From a bacterium (GTDB lineage: Bacteria; Patescibacteriota; Minisyncoccia; Phycocordibacterales; SBAW01): 64,000 bases of DNA. The notes under the pieces were generated by a model. That model worked only from the letters and a program-made list of their open reading frames with translations, searched no databases and was not told the origin of the DNA. The stretch spans positions 48,586-112,585 of the forward strand of contig JBAXFJ010000001.1 of NCBI GenBank assembly GCA_037139975.1, read 5' to 3'. The position numbers were made by a program, and so were the translations under genes. Positions 56,604 through 64,000 of this stretch are shown here, one piece after another; position 1 is the first letter of the stretch; every line of letters starts with the position of its first letter.

Positions 56604-57083
56604 ATGAGTCCTGAGAATCTTAAACAGCTCACTAAAAAAATGTTAGAGCTCCTCGGTGCAGAAGAAGTTTCAATAGTAGTCACCACTGGGCACAGAACCG
56701 TGGTAGCAGTGATCACACAAGAGAAAGACGCTGAACGGTTTGTTGGAAAAGATGGTGAGCATCTGCGCGCGCTCAACAACGTGATGCGCCGCCTGGTTGA
56801 AAAAGAGCATAACCTGCCCGAACGTCAGGCGGGCGAAAAGTCCCCAGGCTTTTTGATTGATATAAACGGCCACCACGAAGCAGAAGCTGAAAAGGTCCGC
56901 ACTGGTGCGCGGGTTTTGGCGCAACGTGTGCGCCTGTTTAAACACGATATCGAGATGGAGCCCATGTCCTCCTATGAGCGCCTCGTGGTGCACGAGCTGT
57001 TTGCTGAAGACTCTGAAATCAAAACTGAATCAGCAGGTGAAGGAAAATTCCGCCACATCGTCTTGAAATACGCTAAAGCCTAA
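56604..57083 (+). CDS. jag: Jag/KhpB-like R3H-domain RNA-binding protein
   Basis: KH-like domain plus R3H (...YERLVVHELF...). Start chosen at MSPENLKQL, after the yidC stop. Confidence 0.65.
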   Translation: MSPENLKQLTKKMLELLGAEEVSIVVTTGHRTVVAVITQEKDAERFVGKDGEHLRALNNVMRRLVEKEHNLPERQAGEKSPGFLIDINGHHEAEAEKVRTGARVLAQRVRLFKHDIEMEPMSSYERLVVHELFAEDSEIKTESAGEGKFRHIVLKYAKA

Positions 57084-58323
57084 CGCCCCAGAGGGAGCGG
57101 TCGCCGCGGGTGATGTAGAGCAAATATTTGCCATCTTGTGAGAGCGCCACTTGAGTGATGTCGGCCCTCTCTCCGCCTTGCTTACTGCCGGGGAGAGCGA
57201 GCAAGCTGGTGACACCGTACTGCACATCGAAACTAAAGATGCCGTCTTGGCTGTGGGCAAGCCCCATGTGCCATAGGTCGAGGTAGTCGGGTGAGACGCT
57301 CGCGAGCGGTGCCGCGCACACGGCAACCACAGTGTTGAGTGGATTCCACACACAGCGCTCGGGAAATGGGTTGAATGGAAGTGGTGCGTCACGCCCGGTC
57401 TGTACGTCGTGGACAAAGCTGGCGGGCAACGCTCCCCCACCCTCGTTTTTTTGGAACAGTACTTTTGAAAAGTCGTTGTTGGCGCTGGCGGTGAGACCAG
57501 GCGCAGTGACGAGCAGCGAGGTGCCTCCTGTTTTGACTGAGACCGAGAAGGTGACCCCCAGCAGGCCCGCTGCTGACTTGCTTTGTGCAAGGAGGATGCC
57601 CGCACTTGGCCACGACACCACGAGTTCCTCGAGTGGCAGTGAAAAAAGTTTTTTACTATTAAAGCTATTAGTGTTGGTCACATACCCGCCCGAACCCACA
57701 CCCTCTTGCAGGAGGTATGTAATTGACTGCCCGTCGGGAGAAACAGCAAGACTCGTGATGCCGGCTGGTAAAAAGTGCACCCGTGGTGGCGTCTGCCCCG
57801 CCGCAAGCGAGCTCGATGCTACAGGGAAGCCAACATACACCGTTTTGACCGTGCCGCCCTCAGTGTATTGAGCCACCATACCACCCCCCTGCCCCAACCA
57901 AAGCTCTGTTGCGAGGCCAGGGATGGTGGTGTTGGAGACGATACGGGCAATGGCGCCCGGCACGTCGAGCGGTATGTCAAATGTGTGGCCGTTGTCCGCC
58001 ATGGTATAGCGCGCGAGCGTGGTGGTGGGGTTGCTTGTCTGTATAAAAGTCGCACCAATCACAGGGCCCTCAGCGATTTTAAAGATTTTGCTTGTGGGCA
58101 CCGCTTGCCCAGCATACGTACCGTCCTGCACCACGTTGGTACTGGTGCTGTTGCCGCCGGTTGAAAAAGTCACGCTGTTGCTGCTGCCAAACAGCCCGCC
58201 CACAGCCTTGATGGGGCTTGGAGCCGTCTTTGGAGACACCAACGCCCACAGGAGCCACAGTAAAAACACCGCCCCCAGAAGCGCAACCGACCAAGTGATT
58301 ATTTTTTTTAATGTTTTGGACAT
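57073..58323 (-). CDS. Secreted beta-propeller (TolB/PD40-like repeats) protein
   Basis: Signal anchor MSKTLKKIITWSVALLGAVFLLWLLWAL, then repeated ...SPDG..I.Y... units (AVSPDGQSITYL, LSQDGKYLLYI). Confidence 0.5.
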   Translation of the reverse strand: MSKTLKKIITWSVALLGAVFLLWLLWALVSPKTAPSPIKAVGGLFGSSNSVTFSTGGNSTSTNVVQDGTYAGQAVPTSKIFKIAEGPVIGATFIQTSNPTTTLARYTMADNGHTFDIPLDVPGAIARIVSNTTIPGLATELWLGQGGGMVAQYTEGGTVKTVYVGFPVASSSLAAGQTPPRVHFLPAGITSLAVSPDGQSITYLLQEGVGSGGYVTNTNSFNSKKLFSLPLEELVVSWPSAGILLAQSKSAAGLLGVTFSVSVKTGGTSLLVTAPGLTASANNDFSKVLFQKNEGGGALPASFVHDVQTGRDAPLPFNPFPERCVWNPLNTVVAVCAAPLASVSPDYLDLWHMGLAHSQDGIFSFDVQYGVTSLLALPGSKQGGERADITQVALSQDGKYLLYITRGDRSLWGVRL

Positions 58324-58328
58324 GTTTT

Positions 58329-59270
58329 TTAAGGTGCCACACCAATTCCACCACCGTTTGTTGGAATAACGGAAGAACAAATGCCAGTTTGCATCTTTTG
58401 ACACGCTGGTTGACTGCCCGTAAAAGTTCCTTTGAAAATAGTCCCCACAAAATGAAAGAACCCCTGAGGACAATCAAGATTCTGGTTTGGGTTGCTTGGA
58501 TTTGCAATAGTAAAAATTCCATTACCCTGGGAGCATAAATTGGCGTCTAATTGTGTTTGTGTGTAGTTTGGTTGCCCAGCAATGGTGACAACAGAGTTAT
58601 TTGTCACAGGATTAAGGGCTTGGTTGCAGCTGATGAGTTGTGGGTTGATGGTGTTGAGGATGATGTACGAACCAAGCAACAGGAGCAGTCCCCACACCGA
58701 CGTCTGCAAGCTCATCTTTGCAGCAGCCTTGGTGCCCACCACTGCTGAGGTCATGTACATGATGCCCGAGTAGACAAACGACACCACGGCCATCAGCCCA
58801 CCGAGGAATATAGTCAAACGCAGCAACCCATTCAAAAGTGCACAAAAATTTGCCTGCCCACCTTGGGGGATGAAAGGCAGCGGCTCAAGTGGGCGGTAGG
58901 TTATAAGAATACTTGTCTGAGTGTCGTTTGCACCGTTGGTTTGGTGAACAGTGCCGTCAGGACACCCCCCGCTTTGAAGAGAGTAGACTGGTAAAAATGT
59001 ACCATTGTCTTGCTTACTAGCACACCCAGTTATTCCAGAGGGAGTTATTGGAGGCACAACTATAGGTGTTGTTGCTGGTGCGGTGACAATTGGAGGAGCT
59101 GGAGGTGTTGGTAATGCAGACGCTGGTGTGCCATTAGGAAAAATACTGCATGTGCCGTCAGGTTGGGAGTACATCCCATTAGCACAGGCATATGCTGACG
59201 TAGGAGAAATAAATAAGACCGAACTAAACAATACTGCACTTAATCCAACCTGTGTAATGAAGTTTTTCAT
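58329..59270 (-). CDS. Hypothetical secreted protein: Pro/Thr-rich linker, paired TM helices, Cys-rich C-terminus
   Basis: Start chosen at MKNFITQVGLSAVLF. Two hydrophobic helices separated by a short GTKAAAK loop resemble a VirB2/TrbC pilin core; this is speculative. Confidence 0.4.
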   Translation of the reverse strand: MKNFITQVGLSAVLFSSVLFISPTSAYACANGMYSQPDGTCSIFPNGTPASALPTPPAPPIVTAPATTPIVVPPITPSGITGCASKQDNGTFLPVYSLQSGGCPDGTVHQTNGANDTQTSILITYRPLEPLPFIPQGGQANFCALLNGLLRLTIFLGGLMAVVSFVYSGIMYMTSAVVGTKAAAKMSLQTSVWGLLLLLGSYIILNTINPQLISCNQALNPVTNNSVVTIAGQPNYTQTQLDANLCSQGNGIFTIANPSNPNQNLDCPQGFFHFVGTIFKGTFTGSQPACQKMQTGICSSVIPTNGGGIGVAP

Positions 59271-60340
59271 AGTCCAAAGAGTGATGAGAAGAGCGATTTG
59301 GCGGCTTGGCCAAAGGTGATTTGCAGATTGTTTTGCGCTGCTTGGACGAGCTTGCTGTTGTCGGTGTTTTGAATAGACACGCCCACCGCGGCGGCGCCTG
59401 CCCCCTGCCCCGTCTGGCGCAAGGTGAGCATGCCGCGCGCGCTGTCGGGGCCGTTTGCGTCTTGCCCGCCGAGCGTCCACGCATAGAGGAGGTTGCCGTT
59501 TTGGACGCTCGAGTTTGCAAAGTAGTAGGGCTGTGCCTGCAGGGTCACCTCGCTCTGACCCAGCGAGAGGTTGTTTTGGAACGCGCCGTCGAGCAGCTCG
59601 CCGCGCAGCGCATCGTGGTCATAGATTACTACCTGTGGGTTGCTTGCAGGAATGACAATGTCGGCCTGCCCCACTTTTTTGCCATTAAACAAGACGTCCA
59701 CGCTCACCGCTTCTTCGCTGTGCAACTGGCTGCCATCAAACCCAAAGACGTTGCGCCCCAGGCCTGAACTTGCGGGTTGCGCGTCCCCATTCAATTTCCA
59801 TTGAAACGAAAGTTTGTCGACTCCAAGCAGCGAGCGGCCCGAGACGATGGTAGGGAACGCCACCACACGCACATGCGAACCGGCGCTGTAGAGCGCTTTG
59901 CCCAAGTAGAGTGGTGGTACCGAGGTGTCTGCCTCCCACAGCAGGTTGACTGTGGACGGTGCAAAGACAAAGTCTTTGCTGAATGAGCCGTTGGTGGGCG
60001 ACTTGATGTCGACGTGGATGTGCGTGGCGCTCCCGACGCCACCAGTCATAAACTTGAGTGTCGACTGCCCCACCCCGCTTTGTACTACTTTGTCGTTCAT
60101 ACTCCAGGTGATCTGTGAGTCGCCCAAGAACGTGCCCACACCGTTTATTTCAATATATTCCAGTGCGTTGGGGCCAGGGGTTTCGGGTGAGAGGATATAT
60201 TGCAACGGGTCGGGCGCTGCCCCGCCCCCGCTGCCCGAGATCTGTGCGTGGGCGAGGTGCCCGCCCATAAGCGCAAAGAAAAAGAAGGTTGGTATGAAAA
60301 GAAGCGAGAGGAAAAATGTGTATGGGTGTTTGTGGTGCAT
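59267..60340 (-). CDS. Hypothetical secreted protein
   Basis: Start chosen at MHHKHPYTFFLSLLFIPTFFFFALMG (signal peptide). No motif recognised. Confidence 0.4.
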   Translation of the reverse strand: MHHKHPYTFFLSLLFIPTFFFFALMGGHLAHAQISGSGGGAAPDPLQYILSPETPGPNALEYIEINGVGTFLGDSQITWSMNDKVVQSGVGQSTLKFMTGGVGSATHIHVDIKSPTNGSFSKDFVFAPSTVNLLWEADTSVPPLYLGKALYSAGSHVRVVAFPTIVSGRSLLGVDKLSFQWKLNGDAQPASSGLGRNVFGFDGSQLHSEEAVSVDVLFNGKKVGQADIVIPASNPQVVIYDHDALRGELLDGAFQNNLSLGQSEVTLQAQPYYFANSSVQNGNLLYAWTLGGQDANGPDSARGMLTLRQTGQGAGAAAVGVSIQNTDNSKLVQAAQNNLQITFGQAAKSLFSSLFGL

Positions 60341-60341
60341 A

Positions 60342-61085
60342 TTATGCGGCGCGTGCAAAAGGAGCACGGTTTACTGCGGTTGGGGCATTAGCATTTGCTG
60401 GCGGTGCTTTTTGGGTGATACCATCGAACGAATTTTTGAAATTCAGAGGCGTTCTTTGGGCTACGGCACTGTTTCGCTGATTGTCGTTTGCAGGAGTTTG
60501 CCCACCAAGTGTGCGCGCCACTTGTGCCCCAGCGGACACCGCTCCTGCAACTGCCCCGACCCCGCCCTTTGATGTCACTGCAGTGGCGACTTTTGCCACA
60601 GCAGACAGCACACCGTTTCCCTCTTTTGCTTTGGCTTTGAGGACACAGCGCACCGCCATCACCGTCCAACCCGGGGCCACATCGAGCCCGGGTATCAATT
60701 CAAACAAACTGCCACCCACAACACTAGTGAGGTCAAACATTCCAAACATCCCAAGTGCCGTCACTAATGCTGAACCAAACACAATGCTGACGCAGATGTT
60801 TATTGCTATCCCAACCCCGATGCCGAGGGGTACGCCAAAAGGGCTTGCGAGCGCAAAGGTCGCACCCGCTATTGCGCCACACTTTACGGCATCGATGACG
60901 CCTGAAATAACATTGCCCGCAGAGTTGTAGCAGACAGCTGCCCCGGCGGCTGCTCCTGCTGCGCCCGCGCCAATAGGTGTTGCTGCGGTTAAAGCACTCC
61001 CCATCGTCAAAAACGCCCAGCTGAGTGCTGCTTGCAAGCCGTCTATAAATAGTGCAAATAAAATAACGAGCCCACCTTTTGCCAT
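60342..61085 (-). CDS. Gly/Ala-rich polytopic membrane protein (possible VirB6/TrbL-like channel component)
   Basis: Multiple TM helices rich in G/A/V. Immediately downstream of the VirB4-like ATPase. Confidence 0.4.
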   Translation of the reverse strand: MAKGGLVILFALFIDGLQAALSWAFLTMGSALTAATPIGAGAAGAAAGAAVCYNSAGNVISGVIDAVKCGAIAGATFALASPFGVPLGIGVGIAINICVSIVFGSALVTALGMFGMFDLTSVVGGSLFELIPGLDVAPGWTVMAVRCVLKAKAKEGNGVLSAVAKVATAVTSKGGVGAVAGAVSAGAQVARTLGGQTPANDNQRNSAVAQRTPLNFKNSFDGITQKAPPANANAPTAVNRAPFARAA

Positions 61086-61118
61086 GCTCCTATTGTACCC
61101 TCTATTTTCTTTCCTGTT

Positions 61119-62966
61119 TTATTTTGTTGCGGGTGTCTGTGGAGTAGTGGATGTTGTGGGGGCAAGGTCGGCGCGCTGTTTGCGCAGGGCAAGCACCTGT
61201 GACGGGTCTGAGGTGATGATTTGGTCTTCGGTGTATGAGGCGATGACTTTGATGGCCACGTGTTTGAGTCCTGCAAAGAAAATCCCCTCCCCCACGTCTG
61301 ACTCGAGCAACAGGTATTTCTCTTCGTCCGAAAGATTAAACGTTTTTTGCAGATTGTCGATGGTTGAAGGCGACTGTTTGAGGAGAATTTGAATGCTGGA
61401 GTTGGTGATCATGGGCAGCCCATAGGGGCTTTTGAGGAAGTCGTCGACGTCTTGGGTGATGGTGGCAAGCCCGAGGAAGTATTTGCGACCGCGCTTGGCG
61501 AGCCCATAGAGGAAGCTCGCGGTGTCGTCGCTCTTCATCATCCACCACGCCTCGTCAATGACCAGCAAGCGTTTCTTGAGGTTTTTGCGCACGACGTTCC
61601 AGATGAAATGGGTGATGAGGTACATCGCCACGGGCTTGAGGTCATCTTCCATGTCGCGGACCGAAAAGACCACGAACTTTTTATTGAGGTCGACGTTGGT
61701 TGGCTCGTTGATGAAGCCCGACCAGGTACCCTTGGTGTACTTGGAAAGACGCTGCACCAAAGAGTCTGACCCTTCCATGCCCGAGAGCACCAGTTCAAAG
61801 TCAGAGAGCAGTGGCGGCTCCACCTCGGCAAAATTGCTGTCGACGGTGATGTCTTTGAGCGCATAGGTCTCGGTGATGGCGCGGTCGATGATGGCGTCTT
61901 CTTCGGGGGTGAGGCCACCAAGCATGAGGCGAAAGAGTCCCACCAGTGCCACGATGTTGGAACGCAAGATGTCTGCGGCGCTTTCGTCTTCACGCGGTGG
62001 GGTGAGGTCAAAGGGGTTGATGTGGTGTTCGGAGTTAAGGCTGATGTTGAAATAGCGCCCCCCCACCGTAGTGGCCAGGAATTCATATTCGCGCTCGGGG
62101 TCGATGACGATAACGTCGGTGTCGAACATCAATGTGCGAAGGATCTCGAGTTTTGTGGAATAGGATTTACCAGAACCCGACTTGGCAAAAATCACCGAGT
62201 TGTAGTTTTCGAGCGAAAAGCGGTCAAACAAGACGAGTGACGCGTTGTGCCGGTTGACGCCATAGAGGATGCCTTTGTTGGAGGTGAGATCAAACGAGAC
62301 AAACGGAAAGATGGATGACAAAGGACTGGAGTTGAGTTTGGAGTTGACCGAGATTTCGTCGAGACCAAGCGGCAAGGTGCTGCGGAAACCCTCCACCTGC
62401 TGAAAGAGCGCTGGTTTTATATAAATCAGACGTGACTCAAGCATCGACTTGATCTCAGACTCGGCTTTGTTGAGATCTTCCAGGTTGTTGCCATAGAGCG
62501 TGATGTATACGCCCACATCAAAGATCTTTTCTTGTGCTTGCTGCAGTTGGTCGCGCAGCGTCTCGAGGTCTTGGTGGGCGGTGTCGAGCATCGGGTCGCG
62601 CACCAACCCTTTTTCCTCGCGTGCCATGATCTGTGACTGTACCTCAGCAACCTTTTTTTGGAACTTTTTGAGAATATCGCCCGAGTCGATGGGGTGGATA
62701 AATACTGAAATGTCGAACACGCGGTCGAGGTTGATGATGGGCGAAAACCATGAGTCGGTCAGCGTGCGTGGGTAGGACATCACGAAAAATGTGCGTGCTA
62801 TTTTGTCGCCCAGGTTGATCTCGCGCGGCGTCACCTTGAGCGCCGAGGGGGCGATGACGTCTTGCAGCTCCAACACGCCCTGCTTGTAGATCTGCTCGGG
62901 CAGGATGGACGCCATACCAACGGGTGCGTTATTGTTTTTTGGTTTTAAAAAGTCGAGTAGTGCCAT
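61119..62966 (-). CDS. virB4: VirB4/TrbE-family type IV secretion ATPase (C-terminal ATPase part)
   Basis: Walker A FAKSGSGKS, Walker B LLVIDEAWWMM, conserved ...GLATITQDVDDF... Confidence 0.8.
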   Translation of the reverse strand: MALLDFLKPKNNNAPVGMASILPEQIYKQGVLELQDVIAPSALKVTPREINLGDKIARTFFVMSYPRTLTDSWFSPIINLDRVFDISVFIHPIDSGDILKKFQKKVAEVQSQIMAREEKGLVRDPMLDTAHQDLETLRDQLQQAQEKIFDVGVYITLYGNNLEDLNKAESEIKSMLESRLIYIKPALFQQVEGFRSTLPLGLDEISVNSKLNSSPLSSIFPFVSFDLTSNKGILYGVNRHNASLVLFDRFSLENYNSVIFAKSGSGKSYSTKLEILRTLMFDTDVIVIDPEREYEFLATTVGGRYFNISLNSEHHINPFDLTPPREDESAADILRSNIVALVGLFRLMLGGLTPEEDAIIDRAITETYALKDITVDSNFAEVEPPLLSDFELVLSGMEGSDSLVQRLSKYTKGTWSGFINEPTNVDLNKKFVVFSVRDMEDDLKPVAMYLITHFIWNVVRKNLKKRLLVIDEAWWMMKSDDTASFLYGLAKRGRKYFLGLATITQDVDDFLKSPYGLPMITNSSIQILLKQSPSTIDNLQKTFNLSDEEKYLLLESDVGEGIFFAGLKHVAIKVIASYTEDQIITSDPSQVLALRKQRADLAPTTSTTPQTPATK

Positions 62967-62987
62967 GATGTATTTGTTTAGTATGCG

Positions 62988-63668
62988 CTATTGTTTTGCC
63001 AGCTCGGTGATCTGAAGTGGTTTTTCAAGTTCGCCCGGGTTGAAGAGTTTGTAGAAGAGCTCAATAATCTCTTCAGTGCCGAGGCTGGCAACGCGTACCC
63101 CTGTGCGCACCAGGCCTTGTTCGATGACCGCAACACGCTCTTCTATTTGAGCACGATATTGTTCAAACACCTCGTCGGGTATGGTACTGCTCGTGCCGTT
63201 GCTGCCGCTTTTGCCGCTCGAAAAGAAACTGCCCAGCGCCCCAAGCGCGCCACCCTTGCGCGCGAGTAGCGCGGGGTCATAGGACACAATCACAAAGAAG
63301 TTCTTGGTCATGATGTTTGCACGCTCGGTAAAGTCTTTGATGAACGAAATGTATTCGCGCACCTGGATCTTCATCAGGTCGTCGAGTGTTGCTGCGTAGC
63401 GCTCCTCAAGCAGGGCGACATAGGGGCGGATGTCGAGGGCGCGTGATTCAACAAAAAACTGGACCGTAAACTCGAGCGAGTTGAGGAAGTTTTGGAACTG
63501 TCCAATGACCGCCTCTTGTTCGTCGGCAGACTTGAGCGCCAGGTTGATGGACGACGCCATCAAAATGGCGCGCAACGAGCCGTCTTTAAGCACCACGATG
63601 CCGCCCCGCACCTCCTTGAGGGGAACGAAGTCCTGAGTTGCTTGTGCGTTTTGTGCTTGGTTGGCCAT
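62988..63668 (-). CDS. VirB4-like N-terminal domain encoded as a separate ORF
   Basis: ...VPLKEVRGGIVVLKDGSLRAILMASSINLALKSADEQE... resembles the CagE/TrbE/VirB4 N-terminal region. The ORF ends 22 nt before the ATPase ORF. Confidence 0.5.
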   Translation of the reverse strand: MANQAQNAQATQDFVPLKEVRGGIVVLKDGSLRAILMASSINLALKSADEQEAVIGQFQNFLNSLEFTVQFFVESRALDIRPYVALLEERYAATLDDLMKIQVREYISFIKDFTERANIMTKNFFVIVSYDPALLARKGGALGALGSFFSSGKSGSNGTSSTIPDEVFEQYRAQIEERVAVIEQGLVRTGVRVASLGTEEIIELFYKLFNPGELEKPLQITELAKQ

Positions 63669-63670
63669 GG

Positions 63671-64000
63671 TTATATTTCAAATACGGTGGGGATGGTTTT
63701 GCTCGTCCCCACGTCTGAGCGGTCTTTGATGTTGAGCGACCACGCCAAGTCTCGCAGTTTGCTTTCAGTGACATGAGGGACGTCCATGACGCGGGATTCT
63801 GGCGCGGGGCTTGGCCGCGCTGTGGGCTCTACTGTGGATACGCGCTGCTTCCAGATGTAGAGCTTCTTGCTTATGAAGAATCGAAACGCGTGTTCAACTG
63901 CAACAATAAATGGCCGATCATTGACCGTATAAAATGCAAAAATTAGTGCCAGCACCACAAACGGCGTTGCCGCCAATAGCGCAAAGAAAAATGGGAGCAA
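63671..64000 (-). CDS. Small 2-TM membrane protein (VirB3-like?), 5' end beyond window
   Basis: Hydrophobic N-terminal part LPFFFALLAATPFVVLALIFAFYTV. The reading frame is still open at the window edge. Confidence 0.35.
   Translation of the reverse strand: MLPFFFALLAATPFVVLALIFAFYTVNDRPFIVAVEHAFRFFISKKLYIWKQRVSTVEPTARPSPAPESRVMDVPHVTESKLRDLAWSLNIKDRSDVGTSKTIPTVFEI

Overview
Manual reading of this 64 kb window suggests a compact, small-genome bacterial chromosome segment, possibly Patescibacteria/CPR-like; that assignment is inference only. It carries the replication-origin gene block (dnaN<-dnaA | rpmH->rnpA->yidC->jag). Housekeeping content includes five aminoacyl-tRNA synthetases (glyQS partial, ileS, argS, tyrS), recombination and repair genes (recO, polA, ruvA, ruvB, ruvC, ruvX), a thymidylate block (tmk/dcd/thyA/folA/glyA), the secE-nusG-rplK cluster, a type IV pilus ATPase, a VapBC toxin-antitoxin pair and a T4SS-like cluster (VirB4 split into two ORFs) at the right edge. 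I folded eight tRNAs by hand: His, Leu-GAG, Val-TAC, Arg-TCT, Ser-TGA, Arg-GCG and Lys-TTT, plus a 19-nt tRNA-Leu fragment. The most unusual structure is two tRNA-associated regions in which small gene cassettes are each bracketed by long perfect inverted repeats of 96-356 bp. One lies at tRNA-Leu (about 25.3-29.8 kb: rhomboid protease, pilin and XRE regulators) and is bounded by a direct repeat of the tRNA 3' end. The other lies at tRNA-Arg(GCG) (33.7-36.5 kb) and includes a large serine recombinase whose ORF runs into its own 100-bp terminal inverted repeat. Other notable points are an IleRS carrying an inserted histidine-phosphatase (PGAM-like) domain, a conserved ~80-nt intergenic module present three times downstream of tRNAs, a LAGLIDADG-type gene abutting tRNA-Lys, a truncated L34 and an unassigned 363-bp structured intergenic region. 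All coordinates and identifications come from manual translation and folding, with no database searches.
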